Source: Octopus sinensis
Taxonomy: Eukaryota
Length of the DNA stretch: 64,000 bases
Direction of reading: 5' to 3'
Assembly (NCBI RefSeq): GCF_006345805.1
Contig: NC_042997.1
Coordinates: forward strand, 104,904,001 to 104,968,000
The notes beneath the pieces are model-generated. The model was not told the origin of the DNA. It searched no databases and saw only the letters and a program-made list of their open reading frames with translations. The position numbers were made by a program, and so were the translations under genes. How positions within the stretch are numbered: position 1 is the first letter of the stretch; the number at the start of each line of letters is the position of its first letter. Below are positions 26,038 to 40,540 of the stretch, piece by piece.

Positions 26038-26858
26038 TAATTACACGAACTAGATGTTTGAGAGTTCATATCAGCATCGTGTCCAGAGCCAAGGAGATGT
26101 GTTTGTAATAAAGAACGAAGCTATTACTTTACTACCCCACAAGGGGCTAAACACAGAGAGGATAAACATGGACAGACAAATGGATTAAGTCGATTATATC
26201 GACCCCAGTGCGTAACTGGTACTTTTTCAATCGACCTCGAAAGGATGAACGGCAAAGTCGACCTCTGCGAAATTTGAACTCAGAACGTAGCGGCAGGCGA
26301 AATACCTGCTTCTTTACTACCCACAAGGGGCTCTACACAAAGAGAGGACAGACAAGGACAGACAAACGGAGTAAGTCGATTATATCGACCCCAGTGCGTA
26401 ACCGGTACTTAATTTATCGACCCCAAAAGGATGAACGGCAAAGTCGACCTCGGTGGAATTTGAACTCAGAACGTAACGGCATACGAAATACCTATTTCTT
26501 TACTAACCACAAGGGGCTAAACATAGGGGGGACAAACAAGGACAGACAAAGGGATTAAGTCGATTACATCGACCCCAGTGCGTAACTGGTACTTAATTTA
26601 TCGACCCCGAAAGTATGAAAGGCAAAGTCGACCTCGGCGGAATTTGAACTCACAACGTAACGCAGACGAAATACCGCAAAGCATTTCGCCCGGCGTGCTA
26701 ACGTTTCTAATGATCACGATATCCTGCCTAGCCTCTTAATCTAATTACACGAACTAGATGTTTGAGAGTTCATATCAGCATCGTGTCCAGAGCTAAGGAG
26801 AAGTGTCTGAAATAAAGAACGAACCAATGACCACGATATCTTGCCTAGCCTCTTAATC
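26038..26858. repeat. ~117-bp tandem duplication whose first copy is interrupted by a SINE trimer
   Basis: 26038-26123 plus 26709-26741 match the uninterrupted copy at 26742-26858. Confidence 0.85.
26124..26708 (-). mobile_element. SINE family B head-to-tail trimer
   Basis: Three ~185-200 bp units, each with CACAAGGGGCT...TCGACCCCAGTGCGTAAC...AATTTGAACTCA; only the rightmost retains the 5' head. Confidence 0.9.
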
Positions 26859-27498
26859 TACCTTGAATTAATGACAACTGTGAGCAAATAATTCCAGCCA
26901 TGAATATCGCGGCGTTTATTTATATGTAGGCTCTTTCGTTTTACAAGTCGGTAAGACGTAGTCTGAGGATGATTTAGTTGCTATCTCTTGTATTATAACA
27001 TACCACGTAAAGAACGTCCAACTAGCTTGCAGAAACTTTGTAAGATGTGTACCGCTGCAATCCGAAAATTGATGTTATAGACCGCATCACAAAAGCGTTT
27101 TGGTAATTTCAAATGCTAATCCTATGTAAAGTACAAAATCAATCAGTATTATTTTCCTCTCTTTTTTTTTAATCACTATTATTTCCCCTTTTTTTGTTAT
27201 AATCAAGCGCACGCTGGTACACTCATGTATATTAGCGCGCGAATGCATTCTAAAATGACAAAGAAAAAAAACATTTTTCCCACGTTGTATTAGCTTCAGC
27301 CAAAATTTCGCATGTTTTTCTTGCTTTTTTTTTTTGTTCCCCGCTTTTATTCACCCATCACTTCAACTACATCCAATCAACTTTCTGTCTGTATACTAAT
27401 TTTTATTCTCAGATTGTGCCATCGTTATAATTTCCAACATTGTTTCTCAACTTTTGATGCTTAACGGCCCTCTCTCACCAAATCATATTTTATGGATG

Positions 27499-27534
<36 letters not shown>

Positions 27535-30064
27535 TACACAATCAAAAGCAGCAGCAGAATACTGCAAAAGAAACAAAGTTAATTTTGTGCAGTGGTATAT
27601 TATCTATATTTCCTTATACTGTCCCTTCTAGAATCTGAAATATTTTAGATATTTACATAAATTTCAGTCGGTTAGTTAATGGAAATTAAATTTAATGGGA
27701 ATTACAGATGTCGGGGACTTACATGACGTAAGTATATTGAACCTCGGAACACCCCCAGTCACATTTTCTTATCTTTCAAGTAATTATACAACTAGCTACA
27801 CATGATGTAGTGGTTGTAATTAGACTGTTTTCTATCATAGGTCTGTTTAAAGAACCCGGAAAAATACATCATATTTCGATTTACTGAGGGACCATCGACT
27901 AAGTAAATCGATTTGCTAGAACCTGCATTCAGATCTTCAAACATTACGATACTGTTTTAAAAAATATGTAAAAAGGATATAGTCGACAATGTTATAGTGA
28001 TATATTACAATTTGGAATCCTAAACCTTTTGGCTATTTTTGTTCAAACAGCGCTGATCCATATCTAAAAAACAAAAATGTGTTGTATTTATTCTATCATT
28101 CACAGGCTCCCTATACTAATTTTTTCAACACAGATTTTATATTCTAAGACTGAAATCAACATAAAGTCGAATTAAGTAGTTACATTGCCTTGCTTCCAAT
28201 CCACCTCTCTCTGATGTCAAGTGAACGTTTTGGGCATATTTTGGTCTAATAGCGCCCATCAAACTTAAGATGTCAACAGAATCGATTTCTTCGGGAGGAG
28301 AGAAAGACAGACGGACAAACAGAATGAGTGAGAGAAGTACAAAGATACAGGACATACATACATCTTGTTTGTCGATCTTGCAAGACTGGGAAGCAAAGCT
28401 AAGCTAAGTGGAATTTGAGCTCAGAGACTAGAAAACCGGAGCGATTACCGTAAGGTAATCGATCCGACGTTCTACCGACTCTGCCAATTGGAAGCCTTAT
28501 TAGCAAGATATTGGGAACGAGTCAATCGATAATATACCATTCCGACAAGTTTTGGCGACTTGACAATGTTAGAAAAGATTTTTTTAGTCGTTTATTTTTT
28601 TCTCTCATGGGATTCATTCCAAAATAGCCTTTTCCCTCCAAACATTCTCTTTGTTCATGTACGTATATATATATATATATATATATATCCCTATATATGT
28701 ATGCATTGCCCCTGCGAATTGTTCCAAATCCTTTTCAACTACACATACACACAGATATGTATGTACGTGCATATACATGTGTATATCAGTGTGTGCCTAT
28801 ATATATATATGTAATTATGTGTGTGTGTGCGCGCGTACGAATGTGTGTGTTGTGTGTGTATGTATAAGATCAAATAAATTATTGGGAAAGAAATACAAAA
28901 TATCAGAACAAAAAAATAAATAAATAGATATAAGCATCACCGAAATTAACCCTCGTGGGAGAGGAAAATTATAGCGTTAACTTGAACTTCGTTGCAGCAT
29001 ACTGTTCCCCGTGCTGTTTCGTTTACATTTTGTAACTAGATTCAATTAAGGAGTCTCTTTCAAAATTGGAAAATATCCACAAACAGGAGATCGAATCATA
29101 GCGATGCCGTGATAAAATAATGAATGACTCGATTTTACGAACGAATATCCTTTCTTTCAATTACGGGTAAAGTTTTAGTTTTTCTTTTTTCATTTTTGTC
29201 TACTTATTTTTTAATATTGCTTTCACCCGCCCCCATTTCTAATTTCTATTCCTGATCACTTTAAAGGTCATTTCTTTTAATTAGTGTAATTATTATTTAT
29301 ACATTATTATCTTTTTCTAGTTTTTTTTTACATTTTGTAGTATTTGGCTAAAGAATAGGAATCATTATCCATTGCCAAAACCAATTATTTAAAAAGAAAA
29401 TTATAAAAAAGTAAATAAATATCAAAATAGCGCATCACATTAAAAACAAATAAGTTTTGATATCTTCAGCTAAAAAAAAAACAAACAGAAAAAAGAAAGA
29501 AAATAGATGGTAAAGAAATATCATGTTGTTCTGTATAGAGAGTATTGCTTAACTTTCTTTTTCGATAATCTTAGCATTTGGCTCTGACAGTATAAATATG
29601 GAGACCAAGCACATTTTGAAGTGAGCATTGAAATGAGCATTTGCCAAATTATTCACAGAAAAACAATGAAATAATCTATAAATTATCACTAGATAATTGA
29701 TTAATACTGTTCACGCATTCTTGCATATACATACATGCCTAAATGCATACACATTATTTTTGTGTGAGTGAGAGTGCATGGCCTACTGGTCACAGTGTTC
29801 CACTCACGAATTAGACATCGTGGTTTCCATTCCTGCAGTGGGTGGAGCATTATATTCTTCAGCTAAAACTTGTCATGTCGCGTGGTTCTATATCACGTCG
29901 ACACCTAACGTGTAGTATACCGGGTACCTGTACAGATAACATCGATCTGAAGGATGGTGTGAGCTAATGTACAACACAAATATTTGATCCCTATAAACTA
30001 AACGTTTATGTAGATTGTTCAGCATGAACTTTCAGAACTGTCCTTCTCGGACCAAGAAAGACTA

Positions 30065-30108
<44 letters not shown>

Positions 30109-30214
30109 TATTTGTGTGTGTATATATGTTTGTATATAGCTATATGTGGGTGGGTGTGCGCGCGCTTTGCAAATGCTTTCCGAATCCTAAAAAATTCCAC
30201 CATCTTCTGTTATG

Positions 30215-30520
30215 TATTATCATCCCCAAGACATTCGTGAGCAAGCTCACAGATTGTCTTGCGTCTGTTAGCACGAATTACTTAGTCCATTGAATCTTGT
30301 CAATGGTACCAACTGATGGTCTTCTACTATGGGGCTTGTTTCCAAATCTGCTTCTCCTTTCTGTAAACTTCTTCATCGAACTGTGTGCATTGATCTCAGA
30401 AGGATTTCCATCTCCGTGCACAACATTTAGCCCCTTGTAGATTGTAAAATGTTCAGCACCGCTTCGTCAAGAATTCTAATGATGGCCCTTTCCTTCTGTC
30501 TCAAACCCATTATTTGCCTG
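30215..30520 (-). mobile_element. Highly decayed mariner N-terminal remnant
   Basis: Across frameshifts, the minus strand reads MGLRQKERAII...IYKGLNVVHGD...KKFTE...NKPHSRRPS...VIRANRRKTICELA. Confidence 0.55.
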
Positions 30521-32984
30521 CAATACAGAAGATATAATACTCTAAAATTCAGGTTATTCTACCAGCATGGTTAATTCATTTTAATAACTGGAATCGGCTG
30601 ATAAATAAGTTATGTCCACTTTTGCAATACTTTCAAAACATTCCGCGAAAATTATGAATCAATCTACCTATTCTCATGGCTGAGGTTCAGAGATCAAAAA
30701 GACATCGGTCACCCGCTCACCATACACTGATATCTCATGGTACACACTGCATCAAAGACTTTCTTGGCCAGTCCTTAATTTCATCGCTATAACTCACCAT
30801 CTTCGTCTCACAGCACACCCAAAGAAGATGTGAGAACGGAAGTCCTCCTGTCACTTATACAATCTATCATAATTGCTTGGTTTGAGCTTAAATGAAATCA
30901 ATATTTTTAAAAGCGGTGAGCTAGCAAAACCGCTAGAGTCTAGTAAAAATGCCTCGTGGTGTATCTCCTAGGTTCTTACCCTTTGACTTCCTATCAAAGC
31001 GATGCTGATTTTGCCTTTCTTCCCTCCGTGGCCGATAAAACAAAGTTCCAATAAATTACTTGTGTTGTTGGTGTCGACTAACACCCTCAGCTGAAAAGTG
31101 TTCTTTTTGTGCTTACGGTTGATGTTTTATTTTATTACATAGTCCTTGTATATTATTCAAGTCTCGTATAAAATACCTTATATTATGGAGTTACAACTTT
31201 CTATATAAATTTGTTACATTTATGAATTTTAAAATGATTGTATAACGCAACAACCCACCAAAGTTCTGATCTGAAATTTCGTCGTTGCCATATTTGTTTT
31301 TCATTCTTTTGCGTTCGATAAATTAAAGAACCAGTCAAGTAATGGTTCAATACCATATTTTCAGAATTGTGGCATTATGTCCATGTCCGAAATTATTACG
31401 CCTGGTCTCTTTGAATGCGTTGTTGGTGGCCAGTATCAACAGAGGCTATGAAACAAGTTAAATACATAGTCGGTTTAATCAACTACGCAGTTAAAAATAT
31501 ATTCATAGCCTTGTGCCTATAGTACAAAATATTGTTTTAAAAACGGGGATTTGGTAGAATCGTCACCGTACTCGGTAAAATGCTTAGCGGCATTTTTCAC
31601 AAATCAGTATGTTTTGAAGTCAAACTGCATTTCATTCTTTCGGAGGCGATGAAATAAGTACCAGTTGAGCACTGCGGTCGATATAATCGATCAGCACTTG
31701 CCCCAAAATTTGAGGCCTTATGCCAATTGGTTTTTATTGTTATATCACTTTGTTAAACAACGAAGGCTTGCACAACTTACTTGCTAAATGACAAGAGCTT
31801 GCATAAAAATCTGAACCTACCTTACCTATTTTAAACAAACATAACAAGAGGTTAAGTAATTTGTTTAATTAAACAATGAACCCTTGCGCTGAAAGAAACG
31901 TAATTAATATCTTTTGATTATTCATTTATTAGCTATTTAAGTTTATTTTGTAGTCTAATTAACACTAGCTAATTACCTAGTTAAATTAACGGCAAAGAGG
32001 AAACCTTTTTAATCATCCAATTACCTACTGCATTAACGAACTGATTAAGGAAGACTATATCAGGGTAACATGTCAACGAGTGAATGCCAGAGAATGAACA
32101 CCAACATCCTTAGTAGCATCAACAATAACAGCATGAGAAAGAAATCTACCACTACTACAGCTGATTTTTTTGTGACTTTAACGTTGAGGCATTCCACTTA
32201 AACGGTAACAAATTTGAGCGGGTATTAGGCTTATGTGTGTCTCTAACTAAAATTATCATACCATGATAAAACAGTGCAGGTACACAAACTGCCAACAAGA
32301 TTTACATATAGCGCGAAATAGATATATCGTATATGATTATCATTAATGTAGAGAATATAATCTGACAAACCATAGTATGGATAATTTTAGGAACTTAATA
32401 AAGCGGTTATCCTGCAGAAAGTCGAATATCGTCAGTAGATTAATCTTTTATATTTTTACTTGTTTGAGCTGCGGCCATGCTGGGGCACTGCTTTGAAGGG
32501 TTTTAGTCGAACAAATCGACCCTAGGCGTATGCAAGCCAGCATACACACACACACACACACACACACATGGGACAGGGAAAGAAGGAAGAAGAAAGAGAA
32601 TATGAAAATGATGAAAAGTAGGTTAATTATTTAATAGTAAAGAGCATTTTAGGTAAAAGAAAATAAGAAAATAAGAGAGACAGACGCAAGAGTATAAATG
32701 GAAGCGTGTTGGTTAGATATGAACTCACAACCTAATGAGCAGTGTACTCTATGGTTGCTGCCGAAGAAGAAGAAGGAAGAGGAGAAGAAGAAGAAGAAGA
32801 ATCATGAACATTATTTTATTAGTACTTTGGTAAATATGGAGAGATAAAGGGCAAAGTTAGCTTCAGCGTGATTTGAACTCAGCAATACGTTGGAATTATT
32901 ACTACAAAATGTAATTTATTCAACGCTTTTTATCTATAGTTACGATAAGGATGGCATAATAATAATACATATACATATATATAT

Positions 32985-33298
32985 TCTTTTATTCTTGATT
33001 CCGCCATTTGACTGCGGCTATGCTAGAGCACCGTCTTAAACGGTTTTAATCGAAGAAATCGCCCCGGGGACTTTTTTCATCGGCGTTGTACTTGCTCTAT
33101 CGGTCTCTTTTGCCTAACCGCCAAGTTATATGGACGTAAGCACACCAACACCGGTTGAAAAGCGATAGTGGGGGACAAACACAGAGCTTCTTGCAGTTTC
33201 CGTCTACAAAATCCACTCACACGGCTTTGGTCGGCCCGAGGCAATAGCAGAAGACACTTGCCCAAGTTGCTACGAAAAGGTACTGAACCCGGAACACA
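32985..33298 (-). mobile_element. SINE family A lacking the internal microsatellite
   Basis: Body joins head directly (GGGGACAAACACAGAGCTTCTTGCAGTTTCCGTC). Confidence 0.75.
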
Positions 33299-34138
33299 TA
33301 CATAACTGAAACGAAAATGAGCCTCAAACTGGCAAGTGACATGTATTTGAATAACATAGAAATGTACAGGCATGTCAGATTCTGTACAACATAGATTAAT
33401 GCTTTATCAAAATGATCTCCGACTTAAACTGATGAGTCATAATTGCCAAATGATAACTAAGATCAGCATCTCTTGAGAAAGGGAAATAATCTCAAGAATT
33501 AAGAATTTTTCAAATTCACATGGCATTCAGGAATAGGACAAGCTTATTGTATGGAGATATGGGAACTTTTCTAGAAAAAGTTTTTCTAGGTTTATAGCTG
33601 TCACTAACCACGCATTTTCTCACCTTGTGTTCAGGAATCGAAAGAAATATTTAGTAAGCAGGTCAATTAAATTCTCTATATACCTATAAATAATCTGTTT
33701 AAAAATCACCTGATGAAGTTTATACATATAACATAGCAGTTATGTATCTCATGGAGACATAAAATCTTCTGTATGTGTATCTAAAAATGTTTCTATGTGT
33801 GCTCACGTCTTTATTTGTTTACGTGGGAGTATATTTTAATGAACATGTGTATTACTATCGCTGGTTAATTTCCAGACAAACCAAATGTACGATTCAGGTT
33901 CGTGTCTCTGTCGTAGTCGCGTCACTTACGCCGATAACTCCACTGGGAAAGATATGGATATCAAAAGCATTCAACTGGCATCTCTGTCGTACGTGTATTT
34001 ACTCAGTATATAGTTTCAACGAATTTATTCTTTATAACAGCTTTAATGGTGGATTGTTAAACATTGACGAAACAAAATATCTGTAAAATGAAAACAAGAG
34101 AAAGAAAAATCTAAGCGCTAGATGGCGAGTGCGACATG

Positions 34139-34309
34139 GTGGTAGTAGTAGTAGTAGTAGTAGTAGCAGCAGCAGCAGTAGTAGTAGTAGCAGTAGTATT
34201 TGCGCTAGTAGTGATATTAGTAGCAGCGGCAGTGGTATTTATCATCATGATCATTATTATTATTATTATTATTGTTATTATTATTATTATCTTCATCATC
34301 ATTATTACT

Positions 34310-34349
<40 letters not shown>

Positions 34350-34420
34350 CTACTATTAATAATAATAATAATAGTAGTAGTAGTAATAGTAGTTATGCTT
34401 CTTGTTGTTGTTGTTGTGGT
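34139..34420. repeat. Compound trinucleotide repeat (GTA/GCA/TAT/AAT/GTT)n
   Basis: Direct reading; it gives homopolymeric ORFs in several frames. Confidence 0.9.
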
Positions 34421-35063
34421 ACAGTCAGCATTAATAAGCGTCTACAAGAACGAAAATAACACCAAGAAACCAAGAAACATATGCATGTGTAGACCAGGTG
34501 CACAGCTTCATATGTTCATTAACGAACGCAATCCACATTATGAATATATTTATGCATATGAGGCCATATATGTGCACCCATATACAAATTTGGTGTGTAT
34601 ATCAATCTCCATATGTATATACACAGTGACACAAAAATAATATGTGTGCCTACGTGAACTTATGTCTGTCTGCATATATGCGCATTTTTGTATATATATA
34701 TATTTATATGTGTGTGTATGTGTGTGAGTGCATGTAGATATGTATATATGTGAGTATATATAATGTGCGTGTGTGTGTGTATATATACATTTATATGCGT
34801 TTGCATAAGTACGAATTTGCGTGTATATATATGTATATATTATATATATACGTATTTTCATGCATATATACATAGCGAATGGCTTGTGCTCGAATCCAAT
34901 GCGTGCGGAAAGCCCACTTTTCTCCGTCGAGGGCTAATATGCCGCAGTATTAGAGTATTTCCTTTAATCAATACTTTAAGCTCATAAAATTTTATTATTA
35001 TTTTCAAAATGATCAATCATTACCGCTTCTCAAATTATAGCAGAAAACACACATACTTGTTCG

Positions 35064-35104
<41 letters not shown>

Positions 35105-35206
35105 ATGTATGAATATATACTCTGTTACTCTTTTACTCTTTTACTTGTTTCAGAGTCAGTTTTTACTGTTATTTCTGGAATGATGGTGCCTCTTTGGTAC
35201 CCTTAA

Positions 35207-35545
<339 letters not shown>

Positions 35546-36178
35546 TAAAAGTTATTTTAAATAAAATGTCGTGAAATCTTATATGAGGATGTTACTAACC
35601 TTTTTGGGGAATAACTTTTTTGTAGCGTGTGAGTGCTATCGTTTAACCTTATCAAACACACGTGCTCTCTCTCTCTTTATATGTATATTTATGTATGTGT
35701 GTCTTTGCATATGTGCCTGTCCCGCAAACACCACTTGACAACCGGTATTGGCGTATTTGCGTCTCCGTTATTTAACGGTTCGGCAAAATGAAGCAATAGA
35801 ATAAGGACCAATAATAAAAAAAGAAAGAAATCCAGGGGCCTTCAACGAAAATCCTTCGCGGCGGAACACCAGCTAGGTCGCAGTCAAATGACTGAAGCAA
35901 GCAAAGGAATTAAAAATATATATTATATAATGTATATACATGTCATAAATAGATTATATCGTGTTGTGTCGTGTTTTGGTCCACGATGTCTTATGCAGTA
36001 TAAAAAGTGAACTTATTACTAATGGCTAATCTGCTTGCCACCATGCAGACAATCCACACTGCCAACAGCTGTTGATATACGATTCAACATAAATATACAT
36101 ATACATATATACACATGCATACGTACATACATATACACACACACACACACACACACATACACACACACACACACACAC

Positions 36179-36236
<58 letters not shown>

Positions 36237-36436
36237 TACTTATATGCACGACGTGTATCTATAGTGAATGTATATTATAAATGTGGAAATTGACGATTTA
36301 AAATCTGTTCTCAGCATATTGGCATTGAAATAATTTTTGCATTGCCCTTCTTTATAGGTTGTTTATAATTTTAACCTTTATAGGTATTTTAATATGCTGC
36401 CACTTTTGATGAAATTTTTTCTGAAAAAAATTTTAT

Positions 36437-36526
36437 CCTTGGGCAAGTGTCTTCTACTATAACCTCGGGCCAACCAAAGCCTTGTGAGTGGATTTGGTAG
36501 ACGGAAACTGAAAGAAGCCTGTCGTA

Positions 36527-36591
<65 letters not shown>

Positions 36592-36836
36592 TACATATAT
36601 ATGTATATATATATATGTGTGTGTGTCTGTGTGTTTGCATTTGTCCCCCCAACATCGCTTGACTGATGCTGGTGTGTTTACGTCCCCGTAACTTAGTGGT
36701 TCGACAAAAGAGACCAATAGAATAAGTACTAGGCTTACAAGGAATAAGTCCTGGGGTCGATTTGCTCGACTAAAGGCGGTGCTCCAGCATGGCCACTGTC
36801 AAATGACTGAAACAAGTAAAAGAGAGAAAAAGAGAG
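36437..36836 (+). mobile_element. SINE family A, 5'-truncated, with expanded (AT)n
   Basis: Aligns to the 41300 copy from CCTTGGGCAAGT onward. Confidence 0.85.
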
Positions 36837-36837
36837 A

Positions 36838-36879
<42 letters not shown>

Positions 36880-37355
36880 CATTAGTATATATATATATGA
36901 TTAATGAGAGAGACGGAAGAGTGGAGATACGAGAATGTTTATTAATCACTACAATTAATCCCTCACGGGTGGGATACTTAGCAACTGGTTTAGGAGTATC
37001 TGTCGCTAAAGATGTGTCTCTTCGGGAAATTATAAAATGTATCACGTTAAAGTAATGTCTGTTCCGCAAGATATCTTCGCGGTTTGTATACAGAGACGCA
37101 GCAAATTAAGGTACATACATACATTGACATGCACACACAAATACGCAGACCCACATACAATCATACATAGAAATATAAAAACACTCATACATACGCATAC
37201 ACACAAACACACTTATAAATGTATATGTTGCATTTTTGTAAGTATTGATATGCTTCTTATTTAGTTGCCTAATTCTCATTTCTCACCGATTTTATGCCAT
37301 TTGCATTGACTATTAAGTTACTTTTACGTTTTTACTATCTCTTCAAGTGTTTGTA

Positions 37356-37415
<60 letters not shown>

Positions 37416-38004
37416 TTTATCACCTAATCTCTTGCACAATCGGGCAACCAATACTCCTCGCCCAGCCACAATGGTTGGAAGACGGAACTAACTTAACATC
37501 GACAATGTGGATGATGCTACTGAGATATATAGTCGCTGTGAAGCAACTGTCTGTCGGACGAAGTTCTAGCGCCACCTATCAACATGGCAACATGAGAAAT
37601 ATTTATGTTTTACCATTGAAAACGAAAGCAAAGAAAACGAAAACAAATATATTTAAGCAACTGCAACTGTGACTTCAAAACAAAACAAGGAAGAAAAAAT
37701 CCCGCAAAGCTAATAAATACACAGGTAAAATAAAGAAATGATATACAAAAAAAAAACTATTTCTAATATAAAATGATATAAAAGCAAATAATAGTGAGGC
37801 AACATCCTGCCTATAATTCAAATCAGACAAACAAAACTAAAACTCGTGTCTGTAATTTAAATACAAATCTACTATTTATTCAGAGTGGAATATGTGTTTG
37901 CGTGAGAGACAGGGTGGGAGAGTGAGCAAGAGGGAAAATGTTAGAAAGAAAAAGAGAGTGAAGTGCAAACACATATATGCATACACACACATATGCATAC
38001 ACAT

Positions 38005-38228
<224 letters not shown>

Positions 38229-38494
38229 CAGAGAGAGTAGGATGAAGAAAGAAAACATGAAAATAACGAAAAGTAAGTTCAGACCGGAAATGATGCTGAC
38301 TAACGTTAATGATCATTTTAGCAGAAAATAAATAAAAAAAATATTATGCCTTGTACCATGTTTGAAGCAGACATGAGACAAATATCTTCCACAGTCCAAC
38401 CTAATGTTGAATAAAATGCTCGCAAACGAATAATTATATCTAATTTTTCTCTGCTCTGATTTTTTAGTGTGTGGTATATGCTTCCATGGTGGAG

Positions 38495-38600
38495 GGAGAG
38501 AGAAGCTCGGGTATGGTAGAAAGGAGCGAGTGTGAGAGATCATGTGAGAGAGAAGCTGGAGTGAGGTAGAAAGGAGCGAGAGTGTGAGATCATGTGAGAG
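38495..38600. repeat. 50-bp tandem duplication (2 units)
   Basis: GAGAGAGAAGCT...GGTAGAAAGGAGCGAG.GTG.GAGATCATGTGAGAG occurs twice. Confidence 0.75.
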
Positions 38601-39155
38601 TGAGAAAGAAGGGGAGAGAGAAAGAAGATAGAAATATTTTACAATGCTAGACGTAGTGAACCAAACCGAAAATAATTTTTAATTGAAATTGCAACCTTAA
38701 TCAGAAGAAATTTTTAGCGCTAATGAAAATTTATTGTTATAAAGGAACAAGGGAGAGAGATGCCGAAATTTCATTTAGCTAAACATTAAATTTAATGGAA
38801 ATATGTAAGAAGAAAGAAAAAAAAGTCTGAACTTTTGTAGACAACGCGAAAATTCGGACCTGTTTCGTTCTTACTAGATCTTTTCAGCAAAATATAGACT
38901 GCTTGTGGCTTCCAAAGTATCAAGACAGCTAATAGAAACAGCTGTTTTGGTGAGGAATGTTCAGTGAATGCTTACATTGAAAAATTAATTCGGTGCTTTC
39001 TAAAGGCATCGTGCGTATGAAGATCATTCAACTCAGTACAGATTGATATAATTTAGGTGGTGAACTGAAAATAAGTCAAATTTATTGGAATCACAGCCTT
39101 AATGAGAGAACGAAAATCTCTTTAAAGTTAATAAAATATGTATATCAAAATTATA

Positions 39156-39528
39156 GACGCAGGCATGGCTGTGTGGTAAAAAGCTTACTTCGCAACCACA
39201 TAGTTCCGGGTTCAGTACCCCTGAGTGGCACCTTGGGCAAGTGTCTTCTACTATAGCCTCGGGCCGATCAAAGCCTTATGAGTGGATTTGGTAGACGGAA
39301 AGTCCGTCCTATATATGTATATGTGTGTGTCTGTGTGAGTCTGTCCCACCACCATCGCTTTACAACCGATGTTGTGTTTACGTTCGTGTAACTTAGCGGT
39401 TCGGCAAAACATACCGATAAGTACTATGCTTACAAAGAATAAGTCCTGAGGTTGATTAGTTCGACTAAAGGCGGTGCTTCAGCATAGCCACAGTCAAATG
39501 ATTGAAATATGTAAAAGAATAAAAGAAT
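39156..39528 (+). mobile_element. SINE family A, full length
   Basis: Head, short microsatellite, body and (AAAAGAAT)n tail. Confidence 0.85.
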
Positions 39529-39949
39529 CTGTATGTATGTATGTATGTATGTATGTATGTATGTATGTATGTATGTATATGTCTGTGCACAGTGGAAGGT
39601 AATGAGAAAAAAAGAGAAATGCAAAAGAAGAGTTGTTATAGAGTGAGTTTGTATGCTCTATATTTGCTGATTTCATTTGATACAGAGATATTGAGTTAGT
39701 TAAAATGATTGCTATGCGGAAGATATATTAGCCTTTCAAAAAGACTAAAGGTTATTAACTTCACTTAAACATTTATTATTTGGCCTCAAAATTCGTCGCT
39801 CCAGTTGTGGGCTGCTCATTGATATCATTCAACTGCAATAAACAAGCTTTGTATGTTTTTGAATGCCTAACAAGTGACTTCCACGCTGAGGCTTTTAGTT
39901 GCAGCATACGGCTTCAGACCATATGTCTGACAAGTATACCTTCTAAATT

Positions 39950-40255
39950 TGTTGTTTGTTCCTTCTCGAGCTATTCCCGGTTCATAAGGGCCGGTTTCCC
40001 GGTTTCCTTGGCGTATAGGTTCACCACCTGGACGGAACGCCGATCCGTCGCAGGTGAGCTGCAAGATGCAGGAGGAGAGAGTGAGAGAAAAGTGTGGCGA
40101 AAGAGTCAGCAGAAGTTCGCCATTACCTTCAGCCGGAGCCCCGTGGAGCTTAGGTGTTTCGCTCATAAACACACACATCGCCCGGTCTGAGATTCGAACC
40201 CACGATTCCTTGACCGCGAGTCCGCTGCTCTAACCACTAGGCCATGTGCCTCCAC
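39950..40255 (-). mobile_element. SINE with family C head and a third body type
   Basis: Head GGAGGCACATGGCCTAGTGGTTAGAGCAGCGGACTCGCGG...GGTTCGAATC; body CTGCGACGGATCGGCGTTCCGTCCAGG...GAAACCGGGAAACCGGCCC. Confidence 0.8.
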
Positions 40256-40540
40256 TGACCTCCTAAATTTACTTATCCGTGTCCACTAAAATAGTTTATT
40301 TAGCATTCAGCAGATCTCTGACTTTTTAAGTCAGATCTGTTTTGTCATTGGACAAATGTGTTGACTTAAGACTATGATAAAACGCCAATGAATAATCCGA
40401 CAGAAGGTCGATTTATCAAGTGCATTGGAACAGAGCTTCAGATGGAAAATAGACGTTGTGATTAAGTTTGGGAATACGAGAACATTGTTGAATCCCGTTG
40501 TAATAACTGTGCTTATTCTTGGCTATTTTTCTCAATCGTT

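Noticed and set aside
26124-26708. Regularly spaced repeats suggesting a CRISPR-like array
   Set aside because: Whole ~190-bp units repeat with no unique spacers, and they are SINE B copies in a eukaryotic context.
33425-33730. CTGATGA motifs at ~33429 and ~33710 as hammerhead cores
   Set aside because: Neither has a convincing stem II followed by a GAAA box.
34111-34640. Poly-Ser/Tyr/Ile/Leu ORFs
   Set aside because: They are trinucleotide repeat artefacts.
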